DNA of 64,000 nucleotides from the NCBI RefSeq assembly GCF_009914755.1, contig NC_060945.1. The stretch is one strand, 5' to 3'. Within the stretch, counting starts at the first letter, position 1. Every line of letters starts with the position of its first letter. The translations under genes were made by a program, and so were the position numbers. The notes below the pieces were generated by a model that ran no database searches, was not told the origin of the DNA, and was given only the letters and a program-made list of their open reading frames with translations. Positions 14,401 to 28,303 of the stretch are shown piece after piece. The stretch is from the human T2T-CHM13v2.0 reference genome, Homo sapiens.

Positions 14401-14547
14401 AGTCAATTAATCAGAATGCATAGTTATTTTTATGAACTCTACTGCCAGTGCATTAATTCATGACATGTGTTTCAAAAATTGGAAGAATGGCAAAAATATA
14501 GGTATAGATTGCTTATGATATATGATTCCAAAAGTCAGAAACCGTGA

Positions 14548-16100
14548 GTCATTCATCCATTCATTCATTCATTCATTCAGGAAGTGTTCATTAAGTACCT
14601 ACTAAGAGCCAGTCACCATTCCAAGCATTGGAGGTAATCGATGAATCAAGTCAAAGAGGCACAACAGGCATGAAACAAACCCTTACACATTGATTTATGA
14701 TGGAGATGTGGAAAGGGTGGGATGGCACACAAACTAGGGGCCACACCAGAGGTCTGGCCAAGGTTTAAGAGGCACCGAGTTGCAGCCAGAAGGCTGATTA
14801 GGGACTCCCTTGATGGACAGACGGGGAGAGAGGACATAGTGACAGAAAGGCACTCAAGGTAGTAGAAATTTCCTATGAAAATGCTCTACGGCTCCAGGGA
14901 GCAGCGCGACTGAAAACAGTCAGAATATAAGGTCCACAGGCAGGGGGAAAATGAGCAGGAGTTAGATGGAGGAACAGCCAGAACTCAGAAGACTTGAGTG
15001 CCACACAAAGGAGGTGGGCTTCATCCTCAGGCAGTGCAGAATTTCTGAAGGGGCACTGTGGTCACACGTCTAAAATGTCACCCTGGAGACAGTGAGGTTG
15101 ATGGGAAGGGCAAGCCTGGTGGGAAGGAGACTCACTTGGAAGCTGCTATCAAGGTTCAAGAGAGGAACAATGAGGGTCTGGGGTGAGACAGTGGCACCAG
15201 AGAGAAAAAGCAGAGTGCATTTCAGGGGTATTTGGTAGCACGCCTCAGCAGGGTTTGTTCATGGATAGAGGTGGGGTGAGAAGAAAGGCCTGGGGTGGTC
15301 ACTGGAGGAAAGGCAGCTCCATCACAGGACATTATGTTAAGTGAAATAAGCCAGACACAGAAAGACACACATCACATGTTCTCACTTATTTGCGGGAGCT
15401 AAAAAGTAAAACACCTGAACTCATGGAGATGGGGAGTAGAAGGAAGGCTAGGAAGGGTAGTGGGGAGGTCGAGGGGAAGTGGGGATAGTTAATGGGTACA
15501 AAAAATAATGAGAACAAATGAGTAACACCTAGTATTTGCAAGCCACAATGGGGTAAATACAGTAAAAAAAAAAAATTGTACATTTTAAAATAACTAAAAG
15601 AGTATAATTGGATGATTTGTACCCTGATGTGATTATTACACATTGCATGCCTGTATCAAAATATCTCATGTAGTCCATAAATATAGGCCACAAAAATAAA
15701 AAAATTAATTTTTAAAAAATAAATAAGAAAAAAGAGGCAAATCCACCAACTCAAGTATAGGAGGGAGGACGAGAACCAGTGCTGGGGAAAGATCATGTGC
15801 TCCATTCAGCCATGTGGATTTGAGGGGTCCGTGTGCCACTCAAAAGGCAGGTGCTTGACAAGCTGCTGTGTATGTGGGTCTGAAGCTCAAGAAATAAGTC
15901 TGGGCTGGTGAAAGACATTTGGAAATCATCACTGCTATCACCATGGAAAACAAGAGAGGTCATGCAACTGATTACCCAGGAGGGGCCAGTGGAAAAAGAG
16001 GAGTCCAGGAAAGAGATAAGGAGCAGCCCAAGAATGATGCAGGGAGACAGATGATGATAAAGAGAAAGAGCTTTGCACATGGAAAGCACCAGAGTACAGC
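14548..16100 (-). mobile_element. L2 LINE remnant, interrupted by an L1MA
   Basis: (TTCA)n L2 tail, AAGTACCTACTAAGAGCCAG and further degenerate L2-like sequence on both sides of the L1MA. Confidence 0.65.
15326..15732 (+). mobile_element. L1MA 3' end fragment (apparent original insertion)
   Basis: GGACATTATGTTAAGTGAAATAAGCCAG...CATTGCATGCCTGTATCAAAATATCTCATG then an A-rich tail; degenerate TSD AAAGGCAGCTCCATCA / AGAGGCAAATCCACCA. Confidence 0.85.
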
Positions 16101-16255
16101 ATTTACAGAATGTGAAGCTTACATTGCTAAATGAAGCAAGAAGAGAGGCAGGATGATCCCTGAAGCGTCAGTGCTTGCAAATTTCAACTCTGATGAGCTC
16201 AACATATGGCACTGAGCATCCACCATGAACGAGGAGATGCCAGCTCATCTAAGGC

Positions 16256-16543
16256 ACCAGGCACAGTGGCTCATGCCCATAATCCCAGCACTTTGGGAGG
16301 CTGAGGTGGGAAGATCGCTTGAGGCCAGGAGTTTGAGACCAGGCTGGGTAACATGGCAAGACCCTGTGTCTGCAAAAAATTTAAAAATTATCCAGGTGTG
16401 ATGGCATGCACCTGTAAGTGCTACTCAGAAGTCTAAAGTGGGAGGGTCCTTTGAGCCCAGGAGTTCGAGGCTACAGTGACCTCTGTTGATGCCACTGCAC
16501 TCAGCCTAGGCAACAGAGTGAGACCCATCTCAAAAGAAAAAAA
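16256..16543 (+). mobile_element. AluJ SINE
   Basis: AluJ-type segments GATCGCTTGAGGCCAGGAGTTTGAGACC and TTGAGCCCAGGAGTTCGAGGCTACAGTGA. Confidence 0.92.
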
Positions 16544-16561
16544 GAGACAGAAGAAACCCAA

Positions 16562-17080
16562 CGGCTCTCACACTTGAATATGTGTCAGAAATACCTGAGG
16601 GGTTTATTTAAGTACAGATTCGTGGGCCCACCTCAGAGATTTCGATACAATGGGAGACCCCAGGCACCTGCACACTTCACAAGCACCCAAGGGGTTCTCT
16701 GAGGACAGTTAGGAAATCCACTCTTAGAAATACTGTGAAAGTGCTGCCCTTATGTCAAAACTAGGGACTTTTCTTAAAAGTATTTCTCAGAAGTCCCTAG
16801 TATCAGCTTCTCTTCCACTCAGAAAAATCCAGGAGACTTCAGGATTGATTTCATCTTCCAAGTGACTTCAACCTTGTAGCCTTCAGTGTCCTCAAAATGG
16901 AATCAGCAGTTCTCATTGTTAGAAGAACAACCTGGGTGTTTAAGAAAACATATCTGCAATTTTCTGCTTCCACCCTGCCTCCTGAATCAGGCTCCCAGAG
17001 ACGAAGCCCAGCAATCCAGAAATTTCTGAGGTCTTCCCAGTAGATTCTATGTTTCAGCCAGGTTTGGAAACAACTGAACA
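16562..17080. mobile_element. Two MER5-like hAT-Charlie MITE remnants (~16562-16735 and ~16905-17080)
   Basis: CAGATTCGTGGGCCCCACCTCAGAGATTTC and ACCCTGCCTCCTGAATCAG...CCAGGTTTGGAAACAACTG motifs. Confidence 0.6.
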
Positions 17081-17819
17081 GATCATCTCTAATCCAATGT
17101 CAACCCCTAAGAGTCCCTGTATTCAATAAGCACCTGCAAGAGGAATTGTGTTTGGACTGCCAAAATAAGGCCCTAATAAACCTCCCTGTCAAAAAGGAAG
17201 TTTAAGATTCCTTGATGTCAGCAGAGCCTGCAAGAGAAACTTTAGTCCAACTGTGAGTTTTCAGAGTAAATATTATTACAATGATGTAGAATTTTAGCTG
17301 GCCTGATTAATTATGCAGTGGCAGCACTTCAATGGGTTGTGGGCCTAATATAAGCACTCCATTCTGTCATTGTTACTATCAAGTTCAACAGCCTCCTCAA
17401 ATCAGTCAGTGAGGATTTAGCATTGTTGTTACAACAACAAGAGGAACCCAGGGAAGAATGAGTGCTTTCGTCAGCTCTAAAATAGCAAACTTCAGTAAGC
17501 ATATGTTTAAGTCAGTGCCAAACAACAGATTATCTGGCTAATAAGGATTATTAAGGGAAGTGAGATGCCTAATACGGAGCATAAATGGGACTATCGTTTT
17601 AAAAGTCCCATTTCATCAGAGGTAAAGGTGACAGATGGTTGCAGATGTGCAGGCTGCGTCCCCTGCCCTTTTCTTCTCTCCTGCTGTGCTGATCTCTACC
17701 CAGTGCTAGTAATGGCCTGTGTCCTCAGATCAGGCCTTGCTGAAAAAGAAGGGGAATGCAGAGGCAGGGGACACATGGCAGATGTTACTTCCTCTTATGA
17801 TAATCCCAGGGAGGCTACA

Positions 17820-18337
17820 TGGTAGCACGCATCAGCAGGGTTTGCTCACGGATACAGGTGGAGTGAGAAGAAAGGCCTGGGGTGGTCACTGGAGGAAAGG
17901 CAGCTCCTTCGGAGGACATCATGTTAAGTGAAATAAGCCAGGCACAGAAAGATAAATATCCCATGTTCTCACTCATTTGTGGGAACTAAACATTGATTGA
18001 ATTCATGAAGATGGAGAGTAGAAGGATGGTTACCAGAGGCTGGGAAGGGCAATATGGAGGTCGGGGGGAAGTGGGGATGGTTAATGGATACAAAAAGGAG
18101 TTAGAACAAATGAGTAAGACCTAGTATTTGCAAGCACAATAGGGTGAATAGTCACAAATAACTTAATTGTACATTTTTAAATAGCTAAAAGTATAATTGG
18201 ATTATTTGTAACACAAAGATAAATCCTTGAGGGAGTGGATATCCCATTTACCCTGATGTGATTATTACACATTGCATGCCTGTATCAGAACAGCTCATGT
18301 AACCCATAAATACAGGCACCTACAGCTTCCTACAAAA
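17820..18337 (+). repeat. Dispersed duplicate of 15233-15688 (L2 fragment plus L1MA 3' end)
   Basis: Shares TGGTAGCACGC..AGCAGGGTTTG..GAGAAGAAAGGCCTGGGGTGGTCACTGGAGGAAAGGCAGCTCC and the same L1MA junction. Confidence 0.92.
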
Positions 18338-18808
18338 CAGGGGAGAATTCCTCTGTTTAAAAACCTCAGTAGGATTCCCAGTGCCTACATAATAAAACCC
18401 AAATTGTTTAGAAAGGTGAGCAAGAGCATTTTCCATCCAGCCTTTGCTCCTACCCACCCTTTCCTTCCCTCACTCCCCCACAGCCCTACATACCCACCAT
18501 TCCAAGAACAGTCAACTTCCACTTTTCACAACTCAGGGCCTTTCTCTGCATGTTCTGCTGTCTCCAGAGCAGCATGCTTCCTGCTCCCTTTCCTCACCTG
18601 GCAAACCTCTCGGGTCGGGAGGCCGTCCTGGATGACTCTAAACAGTTGATCCACCCTTGGTGCTCTGGAGCTTTTTAAAAACTCCTTTAACATTAAATAC
18701 TGTGCTAAATGATTATTTATCTAACTACCCATCCAACTCTTCCACTGGGGCATGAGTTGCTCAAGGCCAAGCCTATGGTAGATTCTCAAAAACATCTGTT
18801 GGATGGAT

Positions 18809-18961
18809 AGGAAGAAGGAAGGAAGAGAGGGAGGAAAGAAGGAAGGAAGAGAGGGAGGAAAGAAGGAGGGAGGGAAAGAGGGAGGGAGGGAGGGAAAAGA
18901 GAGGGAGGGAGGAAGGATAGAAAAGGCAGAAAAGGGAAAGGAAAGGAAGGAGGAGAAAGGA
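18809..18961 (+). repeat. Polypurine (GGAA/GGAG) low-complexity tract
   Basis: About 150 bp of almost pure A/G following an L2-like 3' end. Confidence 0.93.
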
Positions 18962-21900
18962 GACCCGGACTGGTGTCAGGAGACTGATATTTCTCCATCT
19001 ATTCATACAACAAGCGTTCATTGGAAGTAACTATTAGTTCAAGGCAATGTTCTAGTATACTGAGATAAATAAGACACACCTTTGACCCCCACTTAAGAGC
19101 TCATAAACCAGCAAGGAACAAGTTAGATAAGCAAGCAGATAATTACATTAAACATTATAAAGTCCAATAGCGGTACCTGCAAGGTGCTATGATATCAAAA
19201 AGAATAATCAGCCACACAGCCCAGGGGAATTGAATTGAAAGCTGAATCCTAAAGCACAAGTGGAATTGAAAGCAATTTACATTTTCAGTAGAGGGTCAGG
19301 GTGTGCAAAGGCATGAAAATAAAGGAAACCCTGGACAAATTTTTAAAAAAGAATGCTGAAGGTATGTTAGCTAGCAGGTAGGAGAGGCGAGGCTGGGGCG
19401 AGAAGCAGGGTGTGGCCATGAAGGTGTTTAGAGGAAGTGTGGACCTGAATGTAGCCAGAGAGGACGCTCTGGCTGAAACCCAGGCCTTTGCATGCACCAT
19501 CCCCTCTTGGAGCATTCTCAGGCTCCCCACCAGCCTGATCCTGACATCCTTCAGTTAGAGGTTCCAGGCACCCTACCCTTTCCCATCATGACACTCATCA
19601 AAATTCATTAAACAATTCTTATATCTGGCTGTTCCAGCAAACTGGAAGATTCACCAGGGCAGGCATTGTATCTGTCTTGTTTATCACTGTATCCTATACA
19701 CCTAGAAAGTACCTGCCCTAGAGTGAGCCTTCCACAGATATTGGTTAAATGAATGCAATAAATGCATGCTCTTCTTGGCCAAACCTTTTCATCATGGAAT
19801 CTGTGAAATAATAGAGTCCCACCTGAGGTGGAAACAATCCTGGAAGAGAGCTGATTCTCAGTCAGCCTCTGACACCCAGACACGATGTGCTTCCAGCAAG
19901 ACATGTCAGCTCACCAAGCCTTGGTTTCTTATCTATCAAATGGAGCTATTGGCCTGAACGAACTCTAAGGATGCCTCTAACTCCTAAAGTTGATGATTTG
20001 TACCTGATAGTCGCTCCAGATCCATAGTGTTCTATGGAGAGCAGTTCTTTGGTGATACGAAGATGAAGGAAAGAACTCAGTGCCACTCACTTCCAGGACT
20101 GTGTCCTCATTGAATTTGTCCTGAGGAAAACAGGTGCCAAGTTCCATCTTGACTTTATTAGATGTGAAAACATAGTCAGAGATGAAAGGAAAGGTCACCT
20201 CTCCTGGGCAAATAAACTTTCTTTCAGTAAGTCCCCAGGAGATGGATGTGGAGAGCCCAGGGTTTTCCACTTTGAAGTTTAAAATTCCCAGAAAGAGACA
20301 CTATCCCTAAAGCCAAACCCAGGAGACGGGCTCGAGGTGCCTCCGAAGGCAAAAGCCAGTGGTCTGCTCCATGCCCATGAGATTCAGGGGCTAGAAACAA
20401 ATGAAAGCCATGATTAAAGTAATTTCATCTATGTGTTTCCAGAGACTAATTATATTTATTGCATCTGACACCAGTCAGGGACAGCAAACATCTTTTGTGA
20501 GCCTTACAACAAAAGTTGAAAAGCATTACTCATAATGGCTGATTTTGTTTTATTACATCTGACTCAAAGCCAAAGGTAGACAGCACTTAGAGCTCTCTGT
20601 GGACATTAATGTTTGAATGCAATACAGATAGCTTCCCTCTCTGGCTTCCCACCAGCACCCACACATGCTGCCCTCCTGCTCTCAGTATGTATGCAAGTGG
20701 TTGTGGAATAGAGAGGCAGTGAAATAGCTCCAGAATTTGTCATGCAGCCACCATATCCCAAGCACATTGCTAGGCACTGATCCTCATAGGTCGATAAAAC
20801 AAGAGACCCTGCCCTCTAGGGATGCACTGGGCTGGACAACAGCCCACCAACATTACCCTGTAAGGGCAGTATTATGTGCCATAACACAGATAACGTAAGA
20901 GTGGGATGCGAAAATATCAAGAAGGAAAGAGTGAGCTCTAGTTGGGAAAAATCAGAAAAGGGGGTGGCATATGAAATAAGCCAGCAAAGAAGAGGTTATG
21001 TATTAGGCAGCCACAAATGGGAACTAAATTCTTGGTGCCAAGGACAGCAAGCAAGGTGAGAAACCGAGGAGGGTAGGGCATGTTCAACTAAAGCTTAACA
21101 TGGCATGTGTTCATATGGGGAAATAGCACATGGTGGCACAGGAACGACGAAGCATGTGGCTGATGGCCTTGAACACTACCTGAAGAGTGGGCCTCTGTTT
21201 GAGAGTAAGGAGCATTCATGACCTTGAGCACAGGAGTAAGCTGCAAAGAGCCACACTCTAAGTAGGTTAGTGCAGGAGTGGTGTGAGGTACCCAGGCCGG
21301 CAGGGCTTTTAAGAAATTGCCTTCAATGGCCTGGTTGAGAACCACTGCTCCAGAACACAGTCACGCCTGGTGCTAGGGTCTATAGTATTGCTTCAGTGCT
21401 ACCAAAATGAATATGGTGGGCTTGGTAAGTGTTAATCTGCTGCCTTAAGAACCTATCATAGGTCCATAGATAAATGCAGTTTCAAGCCAGTGCCTTATAA
21501 ACAACCTTTGAAGACAACCCATTTGTGAGTTATATACTGCCTTCCAAATGATGAAGATTTGCTTCATATCTTTAAGGGGTGTTTCCACTTTTAAAGAGAA
21601 CTTGCAATCTATTAGAAAAGATGGCAGAATTTTAGACAAAGGATCCAGAAGCTCCATGCATGAAAGTATTTATGTCTACCTGCTCCCATGACATAAGGAC
21701 AAGAACATAACTCACCATGGAGGTCCCCACTGCTACACAGCAGCCTGTCTATAAGAGCCTTGCACACACACACACAAAGTGGTATGTCTTTAAAATCCAT
21801 AAAATCTTCACAGAGTTAATTTTACTGGAAAATTGTTCTCTCTTTTTAGAACATTAGTCCCTAAGGACAGACTACAGGGAGAAAACACTGTTTTTATAAG

Positions 21901-22250
21901 CTTGCCTAAGAAAATTATTACACCCCAAAGTCCATCATGGTTATGAAATTCCATTGCATCCGTCTCTTGTTTATTTACTTTGAAACCAACATTCTAAATC
22001 TACTTGGGATACTCAATGCAAAATAATACTAGTTCTGTTTATTTTTATTTGGCTTTAAAGGAAAAAAGTAGGGGAAGAAGAGGGATGAGGTCTCAGTTAA
22101 TGATCAAGAAAATATGGCAGAAGTTGACATCTACCTGAGATAAATCAAGATCAAATCTTTGTATCTCTTCTTTGTCAATGGATCCTTTCTTCTTTCCAAG
22201 CAATACATTTATGTCTTTCTAGATTGATAATTAATATCCCATATTAATTA

Positions 22251-22553
22251 GGCTCATGCCTATAATCCCAGCATTTTGGGAGGCTGAGGCAGGAAGATCA
22301 CTTGAGCCCAGAAGTTGGGGATGAGCCTAAGCAACAAGGGAAAACCCTGGATCTACAAAAAATAAAAAATTAACCAGGCATGGTGGCGCACAACTGTAGT
22401 CCCACCTACTCAGGAGGCTGAGGCAGGAGGATTGCTTGAGCCCAGGAGGTCAAGGCTACAGTGAGCCAAAATCACGTCACTGCACTCCAGCCAGGGTGAG
22501 AGAACAAGACCCCCTGTCTCAAACAAACAAAAAAAAAAAAAAAAAAAAAAAAA
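22251..22553 (+). mobile_element. AluJ SINE
   Basis: GGAGGATTGCTTGAGCCCAGGAGGTCAAGGCTACAGTGAGC; long A tail. Confidence 0.92.
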
Positions 22554-22589
22554 GACTCAACAGCCACTGGTCAAAGTAGCTCAACCTGA

Positions 22590-23470
22590 AGATCTCCCTC
22601 TGGTCAAGGATGGGGCAATTTGAACTCTCATAAAGATGAGAATTGCAATGGATTAAAACTGATCAAATAAGTTTAAACCCATGAGTTCATAAAGGTATTT
22701 TTTCAAACCTACTTGATAAACTTTTGAAAGTCAACAGCATTATCTTGAAAACTTAGTAAATACAAGGAAAACGTAAAACATTTATTTTAGATTCCTTATG
22801 AACTAAGCCAGTAAATAACCAACTAGTAGATGAAAGAAAGAATTTTCTAATAAAATCATTACAGCTAATAAATCAAAGCAGAGTGACAGAATCAGAAATC
22901 AACAGTCTGCACCCTGCAGTGAAAGAATGGATCTAGGCAATGTGCATCACATCTGCCAACATCAAAAACAAGGAGCCAACAGGCATGTGAAAGAACACAG
23001 ACTCACCTACAATCCGCCAGCCCAGGAGGCTGAACCTGAGGCTGTTGAAGCTTCTGGATCCAGCTGCCAACTTCTAGGAGGTCAGAAAACCGAGGAGCAT
23101 GTTAACCTGCAACATGAGTGCCCAATCAGCCAAATCCAGATTGAGAACCACTCCGTGGGTCAAACGGCCCAGGTTCTTCAATACATAAACTGTAAGAAAA
23201 ATAGATGGAGGAAAACCTGTAAGCTAAGAGACAGCAGACAGACAGAAAGACATATATAAAATTATGTATTAAAATTTTACACACACACATATAGGCTTTT
23301 TTAATGGGAAAAACTACAGCATTTAGAGCTACGTGTTTTTAATTAATACAAAAAGATGCAAAGGATTTATCAATATAATAGCCAGGATAGTGATTACTTT
23401 GGGCAAAAGCAAGGAAATTTCTAGAGTAACTGACAAAATTCTAGTAAAATAAAATGGTCTAAAAATGAAT
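22590..23470 (+). mobile_element. Old L1MC/ME 3' region fragment
   Basis: AATTGCAATGGATTAAAACTGATCAAATAAGTTTAAACCCATGAGTTCATA and CAATCAGCCAAATCCAGATTGAGAAC resemble L1MC4-type sequence. Confidence 0.6.
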
Positions 23471-23487
23471 TTAAAAGTAAAACAATT

Positions 23488-24700
<1,213 letters not shown>

Positions 24701-25393
24701 TCAAAAAAGTGAATCCATTACGATTAGGGATACCACATGGTGAAACCCTTATGATAGACATCTACAAAAAGAAATGTCTAGAAGTCTTGAAACTTTCATA
24801 CCAAACCACCAACTCTGAATGGTGGGTGGCACTGAGGGGCCAGGAGTAAGAGGGGGAGGGAACCAGGAGACTCAGTACAGGAGCAGGTTTATGTTTTGCT
24901 CAATATATTTTTGTTCTGTTTGCATTTATACTAGCAACTTTTCATGTATTATTCATATAGATTAAATGACTCAATCAATCTAGGAGTGAGTGAGCTATCA
25001 ATTGCCCAAGCAAGTGAGTGAGTGGGCAAATGAATGGAGAAAGAAAAAAGTATCCCAGTATCATAGGCAGGTCCTAATAGTAAAGTCTTCATAAAATCAT
25101 GTACAGTAAACTACAAAGCAAAAAAACAGATCATGCAAAATCTGATCAACCCAGACATTTTAGAGCCTGTGTATGTGAAGACACTTAAGTCCCTAGTCAC
25201 AGATACAATGAGCTTATATGCTAAAATTTTATAAATGAAAATTTTACAAGGTAACTTGTTGATCGACCAGTCAAATATGAGTTCAGAACCAGATACCATC
25301 TTAAATGATCCCTGTGCCCACCCTAATACCATCCTGCCTGCCCTCCAGGGACCCTCCAATCATGAGACCCTAACTAAGAAGTCTTGCTGCCCA

Positions 25394-25701
<308 letters not shown>

Positions 25702-25807
25702 AAGAAGTCTTACTGCCCCTTTAAATTTCATGACCCCCAGAGTATTTGAAAGCACATTTCTGAATCCACCCAGAATTACTTCTTTACAAACATTCCAAAA
25801 AAAAAAA

Positions 25808-26132
<325 letters not shown>

Positions 26133-26476
26133 TTATCAACCAGTGTCCAAATTCAGAGTAGAGCAGCATTCTTTCAAAATTGAAGCAATTGAAAACAAAA
26201 CAAAAACAACTCTACCTCCAACCAAAAATCATATGTAACTCTGAGAATCCAAGTTTTCAGATGCTTGTTGGAGAGAGAATGTGTTGCTTAACTTATCTCA
26301 GCCTCAGTCAGGGTCCTCATCTATAAAATGGGAGGATAAGCATCCCCTGCCTCACTAAGGAGTTATAAGGATTTCACAAAATCCTGGGAAACTCTTAGCA
26401 CATTGCTAGGCACACAGCAAATGCTCAGGAGATGTTTGTTGTGGTCTTAATTTTTTTTATTAAGGCATGTTTTAAC

Positions 26477-27320
26477 TGTATTACCTTGGGTAAAGTCTGG
26501 TAAGGCCAGATGCAAAACAGGAGAGATAAACTAGAAAGAGTTTTACAGATTTGCTACTCACAGCCCTGTGGGGAGAATGCAGCGGGTCACACTGGGCCAC
26601 TCTGGGAAGTGTTGGCTACCAGGGTCGACAGAAGGAGAGAGTAGGAACAAGGAAAGCGTCTTCATTGAGAAGAAGCAGGGAGGTGGGGGGGAGTCTGGGT
26701 AAGCAGGCTTAGCATTGGCTAGTCTGAATCATTTCAGTGGACTCCCAGCCATAGGGGCTGTCCTGAGTTACCTGGTATCTGCCCCTGGGATAATTATGGC
26801 AGGTGGATAGTGGCTCCAAGTTTGAGAGGTTAATTGTATTAGTCCCTTCTCACCCTGCTGATAAAGACATACCTGAGACTGGGTAATTTATAAAGAAAAA
26901 CAGGTTTAATGGACTCACAGTTCCACGTGACCGGGGAGGCCTCCTGATCATGGCAGAAGGTGAAAGGCACGTCTTACAAGGCTGCGGCAAGAGAGAATGA
27001 GAACCAAGCAAAAGGAGTTTCCCCTCATAAAACCATCAGATCTAATGAGACTGATTCACTACCACAAGAACACTATGAGAACAGTATGAGGAAAACCGCC
27101 CCCATGATTCAATTACCTCCCACCACGTACCTCCCACAACACGTGGGAATTATGGGAGCTACAATTCAAGATGAGATTTGGGTGGGGACACAGAGCCAAA
27201 CCGTATCACTAATACAAGAGGTAGCTGGGAATACTGACGTCATCAGCTGCTCAAAAAGGGGAACTGACAGCTTCTAGCCAAGTCCTCAAAACTGGGCCAA
27301 AGCAGCATTATAAAAACTAT
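26477..27320 (-). mobile_element. ERVL-type LTR (MER54/MER74 group), interrupted by THE1
   Basis: GGTAAGCAGGCTTAGCATTGGCTAGTCTGAATCATTTCAGTGG...CATAGGGGCTGTCC resembles this LTR group; boundaries approximate. Confidence 0.55.
26835..27208 (-). mobile_element. THE1B/C (MaLR) solo LTR
   Basis: TGTATTAGTCC..GCTGATAAAGACATACCTGAGACTGGGTAATTTA...GAGATTTGGGTGGGGACACAGAGCCAAACCGTATCA; TSD TTAAT / CTAAT. Confidence 0.93.
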
Positions 27321-27324
27321 ATTA

Positions 27325-28303
27325 CAAGGTAAAAGTCACACTACATAAAATCAGCCATTTTAAAATAAAACATTCAATGGCATTTAGTATACTCACAATG
27401 TTGTGCAACCAGCCACCACCTCTGTCTAGTTCCAAAACACTGTCATCATCCCAAAAGAAACTCTGGACTCATAAAGCAGTTACTCTCCATTCTCCCACTG
27501 CTACCACCTCGTTTCCAGTCCTGCCAGATCCTGGCAATGACCAATCTGCCTTCTGTCTCTATGGGCTTACCTATTCCAGATATATGATATAAATTTAATC
27601 ATACAAAGTGTGACTATCATGGGCTGAATTACGCCTCCCTAAAATTCACATGTTGAAGCTCTCAATTCCCAATGAGACCATATTTGGAGATGGGGCTTTT
27701 TAAGAGGTAATTAAGGTTACATGAGATCATAAGGGTGGGGCCCTAATCCCATAGGAGTGGTGTCCTTATCAGAAGAGGAACACACGCCAGGGATGTGAGT
27801 GCACAGAGGAAAGGCCGTGTGAGGACACAACAAGAAGGCAGCCATCTGCACGCCAAGGAGAAAAGCCTTGGGAGAAAACTAACCTGCCAACACCTTGATC
27901 TTAAACTACTAGCTTCTAGAACTGGGAGAAATCAATTTCTGTTCTTCAAGCTGCCCAGTCTGTGATATTTCACAATGGCAGCCTGAGCAGATTAACACAG
28001 TGGCTTTTTGTGTCACATAGCATAAAGTTTTCAATGCATTGTAGGAGGTGTCAGTACTTCATTCCTTTTTAATGGCTGAATAATATTCCATTATATGTAT
28101 ATACCACAATTTTTTTACCCATTCATCCATTAATGGATATTTGGGTTATTTCTGCCTTTTGGGTATTGTGAATAATGCTGCCATAAACATTCATGTCCAT
28201 CCATTTGTTTGAGTAACTGTTTTCAATTCTTTTAAGTACATAGGAATGAAATTGCTGGGCCTTATGGTAATTCTATATTTAACTTTTCAGGAACCAGCAA
28301 ACT
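27325..28303 (-). mobile_element. L1MB 3' fragment, split by MLT1A0
   Basis: GCATTTAGTATACTCACAATGTTGTGCAACC...GGCTGAATAATATTCCATT...AATTGCTGGGCCTTATGGTAATTCTAT. Confidence 0.82.
27615..27999 (+). mobile_element. MLT1A0-like (MaLR) solo LTR
   Basis: ATGGGCTGAATT...GAGGTAATTAAGGTTACATGAGATCATAAGGGTGGGGCCCTAATCC...GCAGATTAACACA; TSD GTGAC / GTGGC. Confidence 0.88.
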
